Source: Ranitomeya imitator (lineage: Eukaryota). From it: a DNA stretch of 64,000 nt. This document shows positions 41,227 through 56,159 of this stretch, piece by piece. Each line of letters opens with the position of its first letter. The first letter of the stretch is position 1. The notes beneath the pieces were generated by a model that made no database searches, was not told the origin of the DNA, and was given only the letters and a program-made list of their open reading frames with translations. The stretch is taken from positions 434,001 to 498,000 of the forward strand of contig NW_027193546.1 of NCBI RefSeq assembly GCF_032444005.1, read 5' to 3'. Position numbers and translations under genes: made by a program.

Positions 41227-44200
41227 GATCATACAGCTCTGCGGGGAGGAGGTGGTGGCACTGATCATACAGCTCTGCGGGGTGGAGGTGATTTCTCTGA
41301 TCATACAGCTCTGCAGGGAGGAGTAGGTGGTGGCACTGATGATACAGCTCTGCGGGGAGGAGGTGGTGGCACTGATCATACAGCTCTGCGGGGAGGAGGA
41401 GGTGGCACTGATCATACAGCTCTGCGGGGAGGAGGTGGTGGCACTGATCATACAGCTCTGCGGGGAGGAGGTGGTGGCACTGATCATACAGCTCTGCGGG
41501 GAGGAGGTGGTGGCACTGATCATACAGCTCTGCGGGGAGGAGGTGGTGGCACTGATCGTACAGCTCTGCGGGGAGGAGGTGGTGGCACTGATCATACAGC
41601 TCTGCAGGGAGGAGGTGGTGGCACTGATCATACAGCTCTGCGGGGAGAAGGTGTTGGCACTGATCATACAGCTCTCCGGGGAGGAGGTGATTTCTCTGAT
41701 CATACAGCTCTGCAGGGAGGATGAGGTTATGGCTCTGATCATACAGGTCTGAGGGGAGTAGGTGGTGGCTCTGATCATACAGCTCTGCGGGGAGAGGGTG
41801 GTGGCACTGATCATACAGCTCTGCGGGGAGGAGGTGATGGCTCTGATCCTACAGCTCTGCGGGGAGAATGTGGTGGCTCTGATCATACAGCTCTGCGGGG
41901 AGAAGGTGGTGGCACTGATCATACGGCTCTCCGGGGAGGAGGTGATTTCTCTGATCATACAGCTCTGCAGGGAGGAGTAGGTGGTGGCACTGATCATACA
42001 GCTCTGCGGGGAGAAGGTGTTGGCACTGATCATACAGCTCTCCGGGGAGGAGGTGATTTCTCTGATCATACAGCTCTGCAGGGAGGATGAGGTTATGGCT
42101 CTGATCATACAGCTCTGCGGGGAGAGGGTGGTGGCACTGATCATACAGCTCTGCGGGGAGGAGGTGATGGCTCTGATCCTACAGCTCTGCGGGGAGAATG
42201 TGGTGGCTCTGATCATACAGCTCTGCGGGGAGAAGGTGGTGGCACTGATCATACGGCTCTCCGGGGAGGAGGTGATTTCTCTGATCATACAGCTCTGCAG
42301 GGAGGAGGTGGTGGCTCTGATCATACAGCTCTGCGGAGAGGAGGTGGTGGCTCTGATCATGCAGCTCTGCGGGGAGGAGGTGGTGGCACTGATCATACAG
42401 CTGTGCGGGGAGGAGGTGGTGGCACTGATCATACAGCTCTGCGGGGAGGAGGTGGTGGTACTGATCATACAGCTGTGCGGGGAGGAGGTGATTTCTCTGA
42501 TCATACAGCTCTGCAGGGAGGAGATGGTGGTACTGATCATACAGCTCTGCGGGGGAGAAGGTGGTGGCACTGATCATACAGCTCTGCGGGGTGGAGGTGA
42601 TTTCTCTGATCATACAGCTCTGCAGGGAGGAGTAGGTGGTGGCACTGATGATACAGCTCTGCGGGGAGGAGGTGGTGGCACTGATCATACAGCTCTGCGG
42701 GGAGGAGGAGGTGGCACTGATCATACAGCTCTGCGGGGAGGAGGTGGTGGCACTGATCATACAGCTCTGCTGGGAGGAGGTGGTGGCACTGATCATACAG
42801 CTCTGCGGGGTGGAGGTGATTTCTCTGATCATACAGCTCTGCAGGGAGGAGTAGGTGGTGGCACTGATGATACAGCTCTGCGGGGAGGAGGTGGTGGCAC
42901 TGATCATACAGCTCTGCGGGGAGGAGGAGGTGGCACTGATCATACAGCTCTGCGGGGAGGAGGTGGTGGCACTGATCATACAGCTCTGCGGGGAGGAGGT
43001 GGTGGCACTGATCATACAGCTCTGCGGGGAGGAGGTGGTGGCACTGATCATACAGCTCTGCGGGGAGGAGGTGGTGGCACTGATCGTACAGCTCTGCGGG
43101 GAGGATGTGGTGGCACTGATCATACAGCTCTGCAGGGAGGAGGTGGTGGCACTGATCATACAGCTCTGCGGGGAGAAGGTGTTGGCACTGATCATACAGC
43201 TCTCCGGGGAGGAGGTGATTTCTCTGATCATACAGCTCTGCAGGGAGGATGAGGTTATGGCTCTGATCATACAGGTCTGAGGGGAGTAGGTGGTGGCTCT
43301 GATCATACAGCTCTGCGGGGAGAGGGTGGTGGCACTGATCATACAGCTCTGCGGGGAGGAGGTGATGGCTCTGATCCTACAGCTCTGCGGGGAGAATGTG
43401 GTGGCTCTGATCATACAGCTCTGCGGGGAGAACGTGGTGGCACTGATCATACGGCTCTCCGGGGAGGAGGTGATTTCTCTGATCATACAGCTCTGCAGGG
43501 AGGAGGTGGTGGCTCTGATCATACAGCTCTGCGGAGAGGAGGTGGTGGCTCTGATCATGCAGCTCTGCGGGGAGGAGGTGGTGGCACTGATCATACAGCT
43601 GTGCGGGGAGGAGGTGGTGGCACTGATCATACAGCTCTGCGGGGAGGAGGTGGTGGTACTGATCATACAGCTGTGCGGGGAGGAGGTGATTTATCTGATC
43701 ATACAGCTCTGCAGGGAGGAGGTGGTGGTACTGATCATACAGCTGTGCGGGGAGGAGGTGATTTCTCTGATCATACAGCTCTGCAGGGAGGAGGTGGTGG
43801 CACTGATCATACAGCTCTGCGGGGAGGAGGTGGTGGCACTGATCATACAGCTCTGCGGGGAGGAGGTGGTGGCACTGATCATACAGCTCTGCGGGGAGGA
43901 GGTGGTGGCACTGATCATACAGCTCTGCGGGGAGGAGGTGATTTCTCTGATCATACAGCTCTGCAGGGAGGAGTAGGTGGTGGCACTGATGATACAGCTC
44001 TGCGGGGAGGAGGTGGTGGCACTGATCATACAGCTCTGCGGGGTGGAGGTGATTTCTCTGATCATACAGCTCTGCGGGGAGGAGGAGGTGGCTCTGATCA
44101 TACTGCTCTGCGGGGAGGAGGTGGTGGTACTGATCATACAGCTGTGCGGGGAGGAGGTGATTTCTCTGATCATACAGCTCTGCAGGGAGGAGGTGGTAGC

Positions 44201-47200
44201 TCTGATCATACAGCTCTGCGGGGAGGAGGTGGTGGCTCTGATCATACAGCTCTGCGGGGAGGAGGTGGTGGCACTGATCATACAGCTCTGCGAGGAGGAG
44301 GAGGTGGCTCTGATCATACAGCTCTGCGGGGAGGAGGAGGTGGCACTGATCATACAGCTCTGCGGGGAGGAGGTGGTGGCACTGATCATACAGCTCTGCG
44401 GGGGAGAAGGTGGTGGCACTGATCATACAGCTCTGCGGGGTGGAGGTGATTTCTCTGATCATACAGCTCTGCAGGGAGGAGTATGTGGTGGCACTGATGA
44501 TACAGCTCTGCGGGGAGGAGGTGGTGGCACTGATTATACAGCTCTGCGGGGAGGAAGTGGTGGCTCTGATCATACAGCTCTGCGGGGGAGAAGGTGGTGG
44601 CACTGATCATACAGCTCTGCGGGGTGGAGGTGCTTTCTCTGATCATACAGCTCTGCAGGGAGGAGTAGGTGGTGGCATTGATGATACAGCTCTGCGGGGA
44701 GGAGGTGGTGGCACTGATCATACAGCTCTGCGGGGTGGAGGTGATTTCTCTGATCATACAGCTCTGCGGGGAGGAGGAGGTGGCACTGATCATACAGCTC
44801 TGCGGGGAGGAGGTGGTGGCACTGATCATACAGCTCTGCGGGGAGGAGGTGGTGGCACTGATCATACAGCTCTGCGGGGAGGAGGTGGTGGCACTGATTA
44901 TACAGCTCTGCGGGGAGAGGGTGGTGGCTCTGATCATACAGCTCTGCGGGGAGGAGGTGGTGGCTCTGATCATACAGCTCTGCGGGGTGGAGGTGATTTC
45001 TCTGATCATACAGCTCTGCGGGGTGGAGGTGGTGGCACTGATTATACAGCTCTGCGGGGAGGAAGTGGTGGCTCTGATCATACAGCTCTGCGGGGGAGAA
45101 GGTGGTGGCACTGATCATACAGCTCTGCGGGGTGGAGGTGATTTCTCTGATCATACAGCTCTGCAGGGAGGAGTAGGTGGTGGCACTGATGATACAGCTC
45201 TGCGGGGAGGAGGTGGTGGCACTGATCATACAGCTCTGCGGGGTGGAGGTGATTTCTCTGATCATACAGCTCTGCAGGGAGGAGTAGGTGGTGGCACTGA
45301 TGATACAGCTCTGCGGGGAGGAGGTGGTGGCACTGATCATACAGCTCTGCGGGGAGGAGGTGGTGGCTCTGATCATACAGCTCTGCGGGGAGGAGGTGGT
45401 GGCTCTGATCATGCAGCTCTGCGGGGAGGAGGTGGTGGCACTGATCATACAGCTGTGCGGGGAGGAGGTGGTGGCACTGATCATACAGCTCTGCGGGGAG
45501 GAGGTGGTGGCTCTGATCATACAGCTCTGCGGGGAGGAGGTGGTGGTACTGATCATACAGCTGTGCGGGGAGGAGGTGATTTCTCTGATCATACAGCTCT
45601 GCAGGGAGGAGGTGGTGGCTCTGATCATACAGCTCTGCGGGGAGGAGGTGGTGGCACTGATCATACAGCTCTGCGGGGGAGGAGGTGGTGGCACTGATCA
45701 TACAGCTCTGCGGGGTGGAGGTGATTTCTCTGATCATACAGCTCTGCAGGGAGGAGTAGGTGGTGGCACTGATCATACAGCTCTGCGGGGAGGAGGAGGT
45801 GGCACTGATCATACAGCTCTGCGGGGAGGAGGTGGTGGCACTGATCATACAGCTCTGCGGGGAGGAGGTGGTGGCACTGATCATACAGCTCTGCGGGGAG
45901 GAGGTGGTGGCACTGATCATACAGCTCTGCGGGGAGGAGGTGGTGGCACTGATCGTACAGCTCTGCGGGGAGGAGGTGGTGGCACTGATCATACAGCTGT
46001 GCGGGGAGGAGGTGGTGGCACTGATCATACAGCTCTGCGGGGAGAAGGTGTTGGCACTGATCATACAGCTCTGCGGGGAGGAGGTGGTGGTACTGATCAT
46101 ACAGCTGTGCGGGGAGGAGGTGATTTCTCTGATCATACAGCTCTGCAGGGAGGAGGTGGTGGCTCTGATCATACAGCTCTGCGGGGAGGAGGTGGTGGCA
46201 CTGATCATACAGCTCTGCGGGGGAGAAGGTGGTGGCACTGATCATACAGCTCTGCGGGGTGGAGGTGATTTCTCTGATCATACAGCTCTGCAGGGAGGAG
46301 TAGGTGGTGGCACTGATCATACAGCTCTGCGGGGAGGAGGAGGTGGCACTGATCATACAGCTCTGCGGGGAGGAGGTGGTGGCACTGATCATACAGCTCT
46401 GCGGGGAGGAGGTGGTGGCACTGATCATACAGCTCTGCGGGGAGGAGGTGGTGGCACTGATCATACAGCTCTGCGGGGAGGAGGTGGTGGCACTGATCGT
46501 ACAGCTCTGCAGGGAGGAGGTGGTGGCACTGATCATACAGCTCTGCGGGGAGAAGGTGTTGGCACTGATCATACAGCTCTCCGGGGAGGAGGTGATTTCT
46601 CTGATCATAGAGCTCTGCAGGGAGGATGAGGTTATGGCTCTGATCATACAGGTCTGAGGGGAGTAGGTGGTGGCTCTGATCATACAGCTCTGCGGGGAGA
46701 GGGTGGTGGCACTGATCATACAGCTCTGCGGGGAGGAGGTGATGGCTCTGATCCTACAGCTCTGCGGGGAGAATGTGGTGGCTCTGATCATACAGCTCTG
46801 CGGGGAGAAGGTGGTGGCACTGATCATACGGCTCTCCGGGGAGGAGGTGATTTCTCTGATCATACAGCTCTGCAGGGAGGAGGTGGTGGCTCTGATCATA
46901 CAGCTCTGCGGAGAGGAGGTGGTGGCTCTGATCATGCAGCTCTGCGGGGAGGAGGTGGTGGCACTGATCATACAGCTGTGCGGGGAGGAGGTGGTGGCAC
47001 TGATCATACAGCTCTGCGGGGAGGAGGTGGTGGTACTGATCATACAGCTGTGCGGGGAGGAGGTGATTTCTCTGATCATACAGCTCTGCAGGGAGGAGGT
47101 GGTGGTACTGATCATACAGCTCTGCGGGGGAGAAGGTGGTGGCACTGATCATACAGCTCTGCGGGGTGGAGGTGATTTCTCTGATCATACAGCTCTGCAG

Positions 47201-50200
47201 GGAGGAGTAGGTGGTTGCACTGATGATACAGCTCTGCGGGGAGGAGGTGGTGGCACTGATCATACAGCTCTGCGGGGAGGAGGAGGTGGCACTGATCATA
47301 CAGCTCTGCGGGGAGGAGGTGGTGGCACTGATCATACAGCTCAGCTGGGAGGATGTGGTGGCACTGATCATACAGCTCTGCGGGGCGGAGGTGATTTCTC
47401 TGATCATACAGCTCTGCAGGGAGGAGTAGGTGGTGGCACTGATGATACAGCTCTGCGGGGAGGAGGTGGTGGCACTGATCATACAGCTCTGCGGGGAGGA
47501 GGAGGTGGCACTGATCATACAGCTCTGCGGGGAGGAGGTGGTGGCACTGATCATACAGCTCTGCGGGGAGGAGGTGGTGGCACTGATCATACAGCTCTGC
47601 GGGGAGGAGGTGGTGGCACTGATCATACAGCTCTGCGGGGAGGAGGTGGTGGCACTGATCGTACAGCTCTGCGGGGAGGAGGTGGTGGCACTGATCATAC
47701 AGCTCTGCAGGGAAGAGGTGGTGGCACTGATCATACAGCTCTGCGGGGAGAAGGTGTTGGCACTGATCATACAGCTCTCCGGGGAGGAGGTGATTTCTCT
47801 GATCATACAGCTCTGCAGGGAGGATGAGGTTATGGCTCTGATCATACAGGTCTGAGGGGAGTAGGTGGTGGCTCTGATCATACAGCTCTGCGGGGAGACG
47901 GTGGTGGCACTGATCATACAGCTCTGCGGGGAGGAGGTGATGGCTCTGATCCTACAGCTCTGCGGGGAGAATGTGGTGGCTCTGATCATACAGCTCTGCG
48001 GGGAGAAGGTGGTGGCACTGATCATACGGCTCTCCGGGGAGGAGGTGATTTCCCTGATCATACAGCTCTGCAGGGAGGAGGTGGTGGCTCTGATCATACA
48101 GCTCTGCGGAGAGGAGGTGGTGGCTCTGATCATGCAGCTCTGCGGGGAGGAGGTGGTGGCACTGATCATACAGCTGTGCGGGGAGTAGGTGGTGGCACTG
48201 ATGATACAGCTCTGCGGGGAGGAGGTGGTGGCACTGATCATACAGCTCTGCGGGGTGGAGGTGATTTCTCTGATCATACAGCTCTGCGGGGAGGAGGAGG
48301 TGGCACTGATCATACAGCTCTGCGGGGAGGAGGTGGTGGCACTGATCATACAGCTCTGCGGGGAGGAGGTGGTGGCTCTGATCATACTGCTCTGCGGGGA
48401 GGAGGTGGTGGTACTGATCATACAGCTGTGCGGGGAGGAGGTGATTTCTCTGATCATACAGCTCTGCAGGGAGGAGGTGGTAGCTCTGATCATACAGCTC
48501 TGCGGGGAGGAGGTGGTGGCTCTGATCATACAGCTCTGCGGGGAGGAGGTGGTGGCACTGATCATACAGCTCTGCGAGGAGGAGGAGGTGGCTCTGATCA
48601 TACAGCTCTGCGGGGAGGAGGAGGTGGCACTGATCATACAGCTCTGCGGGGAGGAGGTGGTGGCACTGATCATACAGCTCTGCGGGGAGGAGGTGGTGGC
48701 ACTGATCATACAGCTCTGCGGGGAGGAGGTGGTGGCACTGATTATACAGCTCTGCGGGGAGAGGGAGGTGGCTCTGATCATACAGCTCTGCGGGGAGGAG
48801 GTGGTGGCTCTGATCATACAGCTCTGCGGGGTGGAGGTGATTTCTCTGATCATACAGCTCTGCGGGGTGGAGGTGGTGGCACTGATTATACAGCTCTGCG
48901 GGGAGGAAGTGGTGGCTCTGATCATACAGCTCTGCGGGGGAGAAGGTGGTGGCACTGATCATACAGCTCTGCGGGGTGGAGGTGATTTCTCTGATCATAC
49001 AGCTCTGCAGGGAGGAGTAGGTGGTGGCACTGATGATACAGCTCTGCGGGGAGGAGGTGGTGGCACTGATCATACAGCTCTGCGGGGTGGAGGTGATTTC
49101 TCTGATCATACAGCTCTGCGGGGAGGAGGAGGTGGCACTGATCATACAGCTCTGCGGGGAGGAGGTGGTGGCACTGATCATACAGCTCTGCGGGGAGGAG
49201 GTGGTGGCACTGATCATACAGCTCTGCGGGGAGGAGGTGGTGGCACTGATTATACAGCTCTGCGGGGAGAGGGTGGTGGCTCTGATCATACAGCTCTGCG
49301 GGGAGGAGGTGGTGGCTCTGATCATACAGCTCTGCGGGGAGGAGGTGGTGGCTCTGATCATACAGCTCTGCGGGGAGGAGGTGGTGGTACTGATCATACA
49401 GCTGTGCGGGGAGGAGGTGATTTCTCTGATCATACAGCTCTGCAGGGAGGAGGTGGTGGCTCTGATCATACAGCTCTGCGGGGATGAGGTGGTGGCACTG
49501 ATCATACAGCTCTGCGGGGGAGAAGGTGGTGGCACTGATCATACAGCTCTGCGGGGTGGAGGTGATTTCTCTGATCATACAGCTCTGCAGGGAGGAGTAG
49601 GTGGTGGCACTGATCATACAGCTCTGCGGGGAGGAGGAGGTGGCACTGATCATACAGCTCTGCGGGGAGGAGGTGGTGGCACTGATCATACAGCTCTGCG
49701 GGGAGGAGGTGGTGGCACTGATCATACAGCTCTGCGGGGAGGAGGTGGTGGCACTGATCATACAGCTCTGCGGGGAGGAGGTGGTGGCACTGATCGTACA
49801 GCTCTGCGGGGAGGAGGTGGTGGCACTGATCATACAGCTCTGCAGGGAGGAGGTCGTGGCACTTATCATACAGCTCTGCGGGGAGAATCTGTTGGCACTG
49901 ATCATACAGCTCTGCGGGGAGGAGGTGGTGGTACTGATCATACAGCTGTGCGGGGAGGAGGTGATTTCTCTGATCATACAGCTCTGCAGGGAGGAGGTGG
50001 TGGCTCTGATCATACAGCTCTGCGGGGAGGAGGTGGTGGCACTGATCATACAGCTCTGCGGGGGAGAAGGTGGTGGCACTGATCATACAGCTCTGCGGGG
50101 TGGAGGTGATTTCTCTGATCATACAGCTCTGCAGGGAGGAGTAGGTGGTGGCACTGATCATACAGCTCTGCGGGGAGGAGGAGGTGGCACTGATCATACA

Positions 50201-53200
50201 GCTCTGCGGGGAGGAGGTGGTGGCACTGATCATACAGCTCTGCGGGGAGGAGGTGGTGGCACTGATCATACAGCTCTGCGGGGAGGAGGTGGTGGCACTG
50301 ATCATCCAGCTCTGCGGGGAGGAGGTGGTGGCACTGATCGTACAGCTCTGCGGGGAGGAGGTGGTGGCACTGATCATACAGCTCTGCAGGGAGGAGGTGG
50401 TGGCACTGATCATACAGCTCTGCGGGGAGAAGGTGTTGGCACTGATCATACAGCTCTCCGGGGAGGAGGTGATTTCTCTGATCATAGAGCTCTGCAGGGA
50501 GGATGAGGTTATGGCTCTGATCATACAGGTCTGAGGGGAGTAGGTGGTGGCTCTGATCATACAGCTCTGCGGGGAGAGGGTGGTGGCACTGATCATACAG
50601 CTCTGCGGGGAGGAGGTGATGGCTCTGATCCTACAGCTCTGCGGGGAGAATGTGGTGGCTCTGATCATACAGCTCTGCGGGGAGAAGGTGGTGGCACTGA
50701 TCATACGGCTCTCCGGGGAGGAGGTGATTTCTCTGATCATACAGCTCTGCAGGGAGGAGGTGGTGGCTCTGATCATACAGCTCTGCGGAGAGGAGGTGGT
50801 GGCTCTGATCATGCAGCTCTGCGGGGAGGAGGTGGTGGCACTGATCATACAGCTGTGCGGGGAGGAGGTGGTGGCACTGATCATACAGCTCTGCGGGGAG
50901 GAGGTGGTGGTACTGATCATACAGCTGTGCGGGGAGGAGGTGATTTCTCTGATCATACAGCTCTGCAGGGAGGAGGTGGTGGTACTGATCATACAGCTCT
51001 GCGGGGGAGAAGGTGGTGGCACTGATCATACAGCTCTGCGGGGTGGAGGTGATTTCTCTGATCATACAGCTCTGCAGGGAGGAGTAGGTGGTGGCACTGA
51101 TGATACAGCTCTGCGGGGAGGAGGTGGTGGCACTGATCATACAGCTCTGCGGGGAGGAGGAGGTGGCACTGATTATACAGCTCTGCGGGGAGGAGGTGGT
51201 GGCACTGATCATACAGCTCTGCTGGGAGGAGGTGGTGGCACTGATCATACAGCTCTGCGGGGTGGAGGTGATTTCTCTGATCATACAGCTCTGCAGGGAG
51301 GAGTAGGTGGTGGCACTGATGATACAGCTCTGCGGGGAGGAGGTGGTGGCACTGATCATACAGCTCTGCGGGGAGGAGGAGGTGGCACTGATCATACAGC
51401 TCTGCGGGGAGGAGGTGGTGGCACTGATCATACAGCTCTGCGGGGAGGAGGTGGTGGCACTGATCATACAGCTCTGCGGGGAGGAGGTGGTGGCACTGAT
51501 CATACAGCTCTGCGGGGAGGAGGTGGTGGCACTGATCGTACAGCTCTGCGGGGAGGAGGTGTTGGCACTGATCATACAGCTCTGCAGGGAGGAGGTGGTG
51601 GCACTGATCATACAGCTCTGCGGGGAGAAGGTGTTGGCACTGATCATACAGCTCTCCGGGGAGGAGGTGATTTCTCTGATCATACAGCTCTGCAGGGAGG
51701 ATGAGGTTATGGCTCTGATCATACAGGTCTGAGGGGAGTAGGTGGTGGCTCTGATCATACAGCTCTGCGGGGAGAGGGTGGTGGCACTGATCATACAGCT
51801 CTGCGGGGAGGAGGTGATGGCTCTGATCCTACAGCTCTGCGGGGAGAATGTGGTGGCTCTGATCATACAGCTCTGCGGGGAGAAGGTGGTGGCACTGATC
51901 ATACGGCTCTCCGGGGAGGAGGTGATTTCTCTGATCATACAGCTCTGCAGGGAGGAGGTGGTGGCTCTGATCATACAGCTCTGCGGAGAGGAGGTGGTGG
52001 CTCTGATCATGCAGCTCTGCGGGGAGGAGGTGGTGGCACTGATCATACAGCTGTGCGGGGAGGAGTTGGTGGCACTGATCATACAGCTCTGCGGGGAGGA
52101 AGTGGTGGTACTGATCATACAGCTGTGCGGGGAGGAGGTGATTTCTCTGATCATACAGCTCTGCAGGGAGGAGGTGGTGGTACTGATCATACAGCTGTGC
52201 GGGGAGGAGGTGATTTCTCTGATCATACAGCTCTGCAGGGAGGAGGTGGTGGCACTGATCATACAGCTCTGCGGGGAGGAGGTGGTGGCACTGATCATAC
52301 AGCTCTGCGGGGAGGAGGTGGTGGCACTGATCATACAGCTCTGCGGGGAGGAGGTGGTGGCACTGATCATACAGCTCTGCGGGGAGGAGGTGATTTCTCT
52401 GATCATACAGCTCTGCAGGGAGGAGTAGGTGGTGGCACTGATGATACAGCTCTGCGGGGAGGAGGTGGTGGCACTGATCATACAGCTCTGCGGGGTGGAG
52501 GTGATTTCTCTGATCATACAGCTCTGCGGGGAGGAGGAGGTGGCACTGATCATACAGCTCTGCGGGGAGGAGGTGGTGGCACTGATCATACAGCTCTGCG
52601 GGGAGGAGGTGGTGGCTCTGATCATACTGCTCTGCGGGGAGGAGGTGGTGGTACTGATCATACAGCTGTGCGGGGAGGAGGTGCTTTCTCTGATCATACA
52701 GCTCTGCAGGGAGGAGGTGGTGGCTCTGATCATACAGCTCTGCGGGGAGGAGGTGGTGGCTCTGATCATACAGCTCTGCGGGGAGGAGGTGGTGGCACTG
52801 ATCATACAGCTCTGCGAGGAGGAGGAGGTGGCTCTGATCATACAGCTCTGCGGGGAGGAGGAGGTGGCACTGATCATACAGCTCTGCGGGGAGGAGGTGG
52901 TGGCACTGATCATACAGCTCTGCGGGGAGGAGGTGGTGGCACTGATCATACAGCTCTGCGGGGAGGAGGTGGTGGCACTGATTATACAGCTCTGCGGGGA
53001 GAGGGAGGTGGCTCTGATCATACAGCTCTGCGGGGAGGAGGTGGTGGCTCTGATCATACAGCTCTGCGGGGTGGAGGTGATTTCTCTGATCATACAGCTC
53101 TGCGGGGTGGAGGTGGTGGCACTGATTATACAGCTCTGCGGGGAGGAAGTGGTGGCTCTGATCATACAGCTCTGCGGGGGAGAAGGTGGTGGCACTGATC

Positions 53201-54502
53201 ATACAGCTCTGCGGGGTGGAGGTGATTTCTCTGATCATACAGCTCTGCAGGGAGGAGTAGGTGGTGGCACTGATGATACAGCTCTGCGGGGAGGAGGTGG
53301 TGGCACTGATCATACAGCTCTGCGGGGTGGAGGTGATTTCTCTGATCATACAGCTCTGCAGGGAGGAGGAGGTGGCACTGATCATACAGCTCTGCGGGGA
53401 GGAGGTGGTGGCACTGATCATACAGTTCTGCGGGGAGGAGGTGGTGGCACTGATCATACAGCTCTCCGGGGAGGAGGTGGTGGCACTGATTATACAGCTC
53501 TGCGGGGAGAGGGTGGTGGCTCTGATCATACAGCTCTGCGGGGAGGAGGTGGTGGCTCTGATCATACAGCTCTGCGGGGTGGAGGTGATTTCTCTGATCA
53601 TACAGCTCTGCGGGGTGGAGGTGGTGGCACTGATTATACAGCTCTGCGGGGAGGAAGTGGTGGCTCTGATCATACAGCTCTGCGGGGAGGAGGTGGTGGC
53701 ACTGATCATACAGCTCTGCGGGGTGGAGGTGATTTCTCTGATCATACAGCTCTGCAGGGAGGAGTAGGTGGTGGCACTGATGATACAGCTCTGCGGGGAG
53801 GAGGTGGTGGCACTGATCATACAGCTCTGCGGGGAGGAGGTGGTGGCACTGATCATACAGCTCTGCGGGGAGGAGGTGGTGGCACTGATCGTACAGCTCT
53901 GCGGGGAGGAGGTGGTGGCACTGATCATACAGCTCTGCAGGGAGGAGGTGGTGGCACTGATCATACAGCTCTGCGGGGAGAAGGTGTTGGCACTGATCAT
54001 ACAGCTCTGCGGGGAGGAGGTGGTGGTACTGATCATACAGCTGTGCGGGGAGGAGGTGATTTCTCTGATCATACAGCTCTGCAGGGAGGAGGTGGTGGCT
54101 CTGATCATACAGCTCTGCGGGGAGGAGGTGGTGGCACTGATCATACAGCTCTGCGGGGGAGAAGGTGGTGGCACTGATCATACAGCTCTGCGGGGTGGAG
54201 GTGATTTCTCTGATCATACAGCTCTGCAGGGAGGAGTAGGTGGTGGCACTGATCATACAGCTCTGCGGGGAGGAGGAGGTGGCACTGATCATACAGCTCT
54301 GCGGGGAGGAGGTGGTGGCACTGATCATACAGCTCTGCGGGGAGGAGGTGGTGGCACTGATCATACAGCTCTGCGGGGAGGAGGTGGTGGCACTGATCAT
54401 ACAGCTCTGCGGGGAGGAGGTGGTGGCACTGATCGTACAGCTCTGCGGGGAGGAGGTGGTGGCACTGATCATACAGCTCTGCGGGGAGGAGGTGGTGGCT
54501 CT
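41227..54502. repeat. 36-bp minisatellite array 3 (~13.3 kb)
   Basis: Same unit; runs into the H1 stem-loop at 54497. Confidence 0.99.
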
Positions 54503-54512
54503 TATAAGAGCC
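54497..54512 (-). terminator. H1 stem-loop copy 2
   Basis: GGCTCTTATAAGAGCC. Confidence 0.95.
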
Positions 54513-54540
54513 TTTGTGGTAACAGAACAGGGGCTGCAGC

Positions 54541-55155
54541 TTATTTCTTAGCCGCGGGCTTCTTGGCTTTCGCAGCCTTCTTAGCCGGACTCTTGGCGGG
54601 TTTGGCCGCCTTCTTAGCCGGACTCTTCGTCACCTTCTTGGGCTTGGGAGCGGCTTTCGGCTTCTTGGGGCTCTTGGCCGCTTTCTTGGCCGCTGCGGGC
54701 TTCTTGGCCTTTTTCGGGCTCTTCTTGGCCGCAGTCGGAGCCTTCTTGGGCTTCTTCGGAGATTTGGCGGCTTTCTTGGCAGCAGCGGGTTTCTTAGGTT
54801 TGGCCGCAGCTGCTGGCTTCGTCTCCTGCTTCTTGTTCAGCTTGAAGGACCCGGAGGCGCCGCTGCCTTTCACCTGGAGGAGGGCGCCCTTGGTGACCAG
54901 AGCCTTGACGGCCAGCTTCAGGCGGCTGTTGTTCTTCTCTACATCGTATCCTCCAGCAGACAGAGCCTTCTTCAGGGCGGCCAGAGACACCCCGCTGCGC
55001 TCCTTGGAGGCGGACACGGCTTTCACGATCAGCTCGGAGACGCTGGGGCCGGAGGGTTTATTGCTCTTCTTGGCAGCAGATTTCTTCGGCTGCTTCTTGG
55101 ATTTGGCGGCCGGTTCTGCGGGAGGGGGAGCGGCGGCTGGCGCGGTCTCTGCCAT
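54541..55155 (-). CDS. H1: Linker histone H1 copy 2 (tail indel variant)
   Basis: As copy 1 but lacks DKVAKTK and gains KKAA; upstream ATG at 55158. Confidence 0.97.
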   Translation of the reverse strand: MAETAPAAAPPPAEPAAKSKKQPKKSAAKKSNKPSGPSVSELIVKAVSASKERSGVSLAALKKALSAGGYDVEKNNSRLKLAVKALVTKGALLQVKGSGASGSFKLNKKQETKPAAAAKPKKPAAAKKAAKSPKKPKKAPTAAKKSPKKAKKPAAAKKAAKSPKKPKAAPKPKKVTKSPAKKAAKPAKSPAKKAAKAKKPAAKK

Positions 55156-56159
55156 CATGTGCTGCTGAAGCTAAATGAAAATATTTCCTGATAGGAAGGA
55201 AAACACTGAGGCCGGAGCTGGAGGCGCCTGTTATATGTACAGGCTTACTGCGCACTGATTGGCTGCTGAGCAGCACCGTCCTGAGCTTCTATTGGCTGAC
55301 ACTGGACACAGGCCCCGCCCCCTCCCAGCTGAGTCCGAGTGAAGCTCCGCTCTCCCCTTGTGCTTCCCTGCCCGGGATAAAAGCCCTTTACCGGCTAACA
55401 CCGGACAGCAGAGCGCGATTCCTCCGTCGCCTCCCCTTCTCCAACATCTCCACCGGCCATTTGTAGCCGTCACTAGCAGAGATGCCGGGAAAGAGCGGAG
55501 AGGAAATCCCGGGATCATCGCCGCCGTCCTCCCGATCTGCACATCACTGTGTATCCGGGGAGATAAATCTGCTGCGGGAGCTCGTTCCTCCTATTCCCGG
55601 CTCCTGTCACCATCACAGGGATCTTTACTCCTATGTCTATCGCACAGGAAGCTGATTGTACGATGTGGGGACGAGCTGGAGCTGCTGAGAACCCAGAAGG
55701 GTAACACAGGCGACGGCCTCCGCTGACTGCCACCTCCCTGACCTGTGGTGTCACTGTACCCCGTATGTGCAGAGGATTGGGGGGACACGTGTTCCACATC
55801 AGTAGATGATCCACATCGGTGGCTGATTGCAATCACCTGCCTGATATCGTGTCTTACCCAGTGTGAAGCTGTGACCGCTGCGGCCTGTCATGGTGCGAAG
55901 AGCTCTGATGAGGCGACAGCTGCACACTGCGACTCCCCAACCAAACACATAAACATCTCCGGGGAGAAAACTGAAATATTAATGGATTTATGTGACCCCC
56001 ACTATTGTGTAAAAGGGGAATATTGGGAGAAAAGCGGAGACACAAAATCCAGCGTCTACACAGAGAACACAGCTGTACATAGTTTATATAGTGCACAACA
56101 TCACATCTGCACAGCCCAGATCAGCAGTGTAATAAGTGTCACTGATACTAGAGGAGAGG

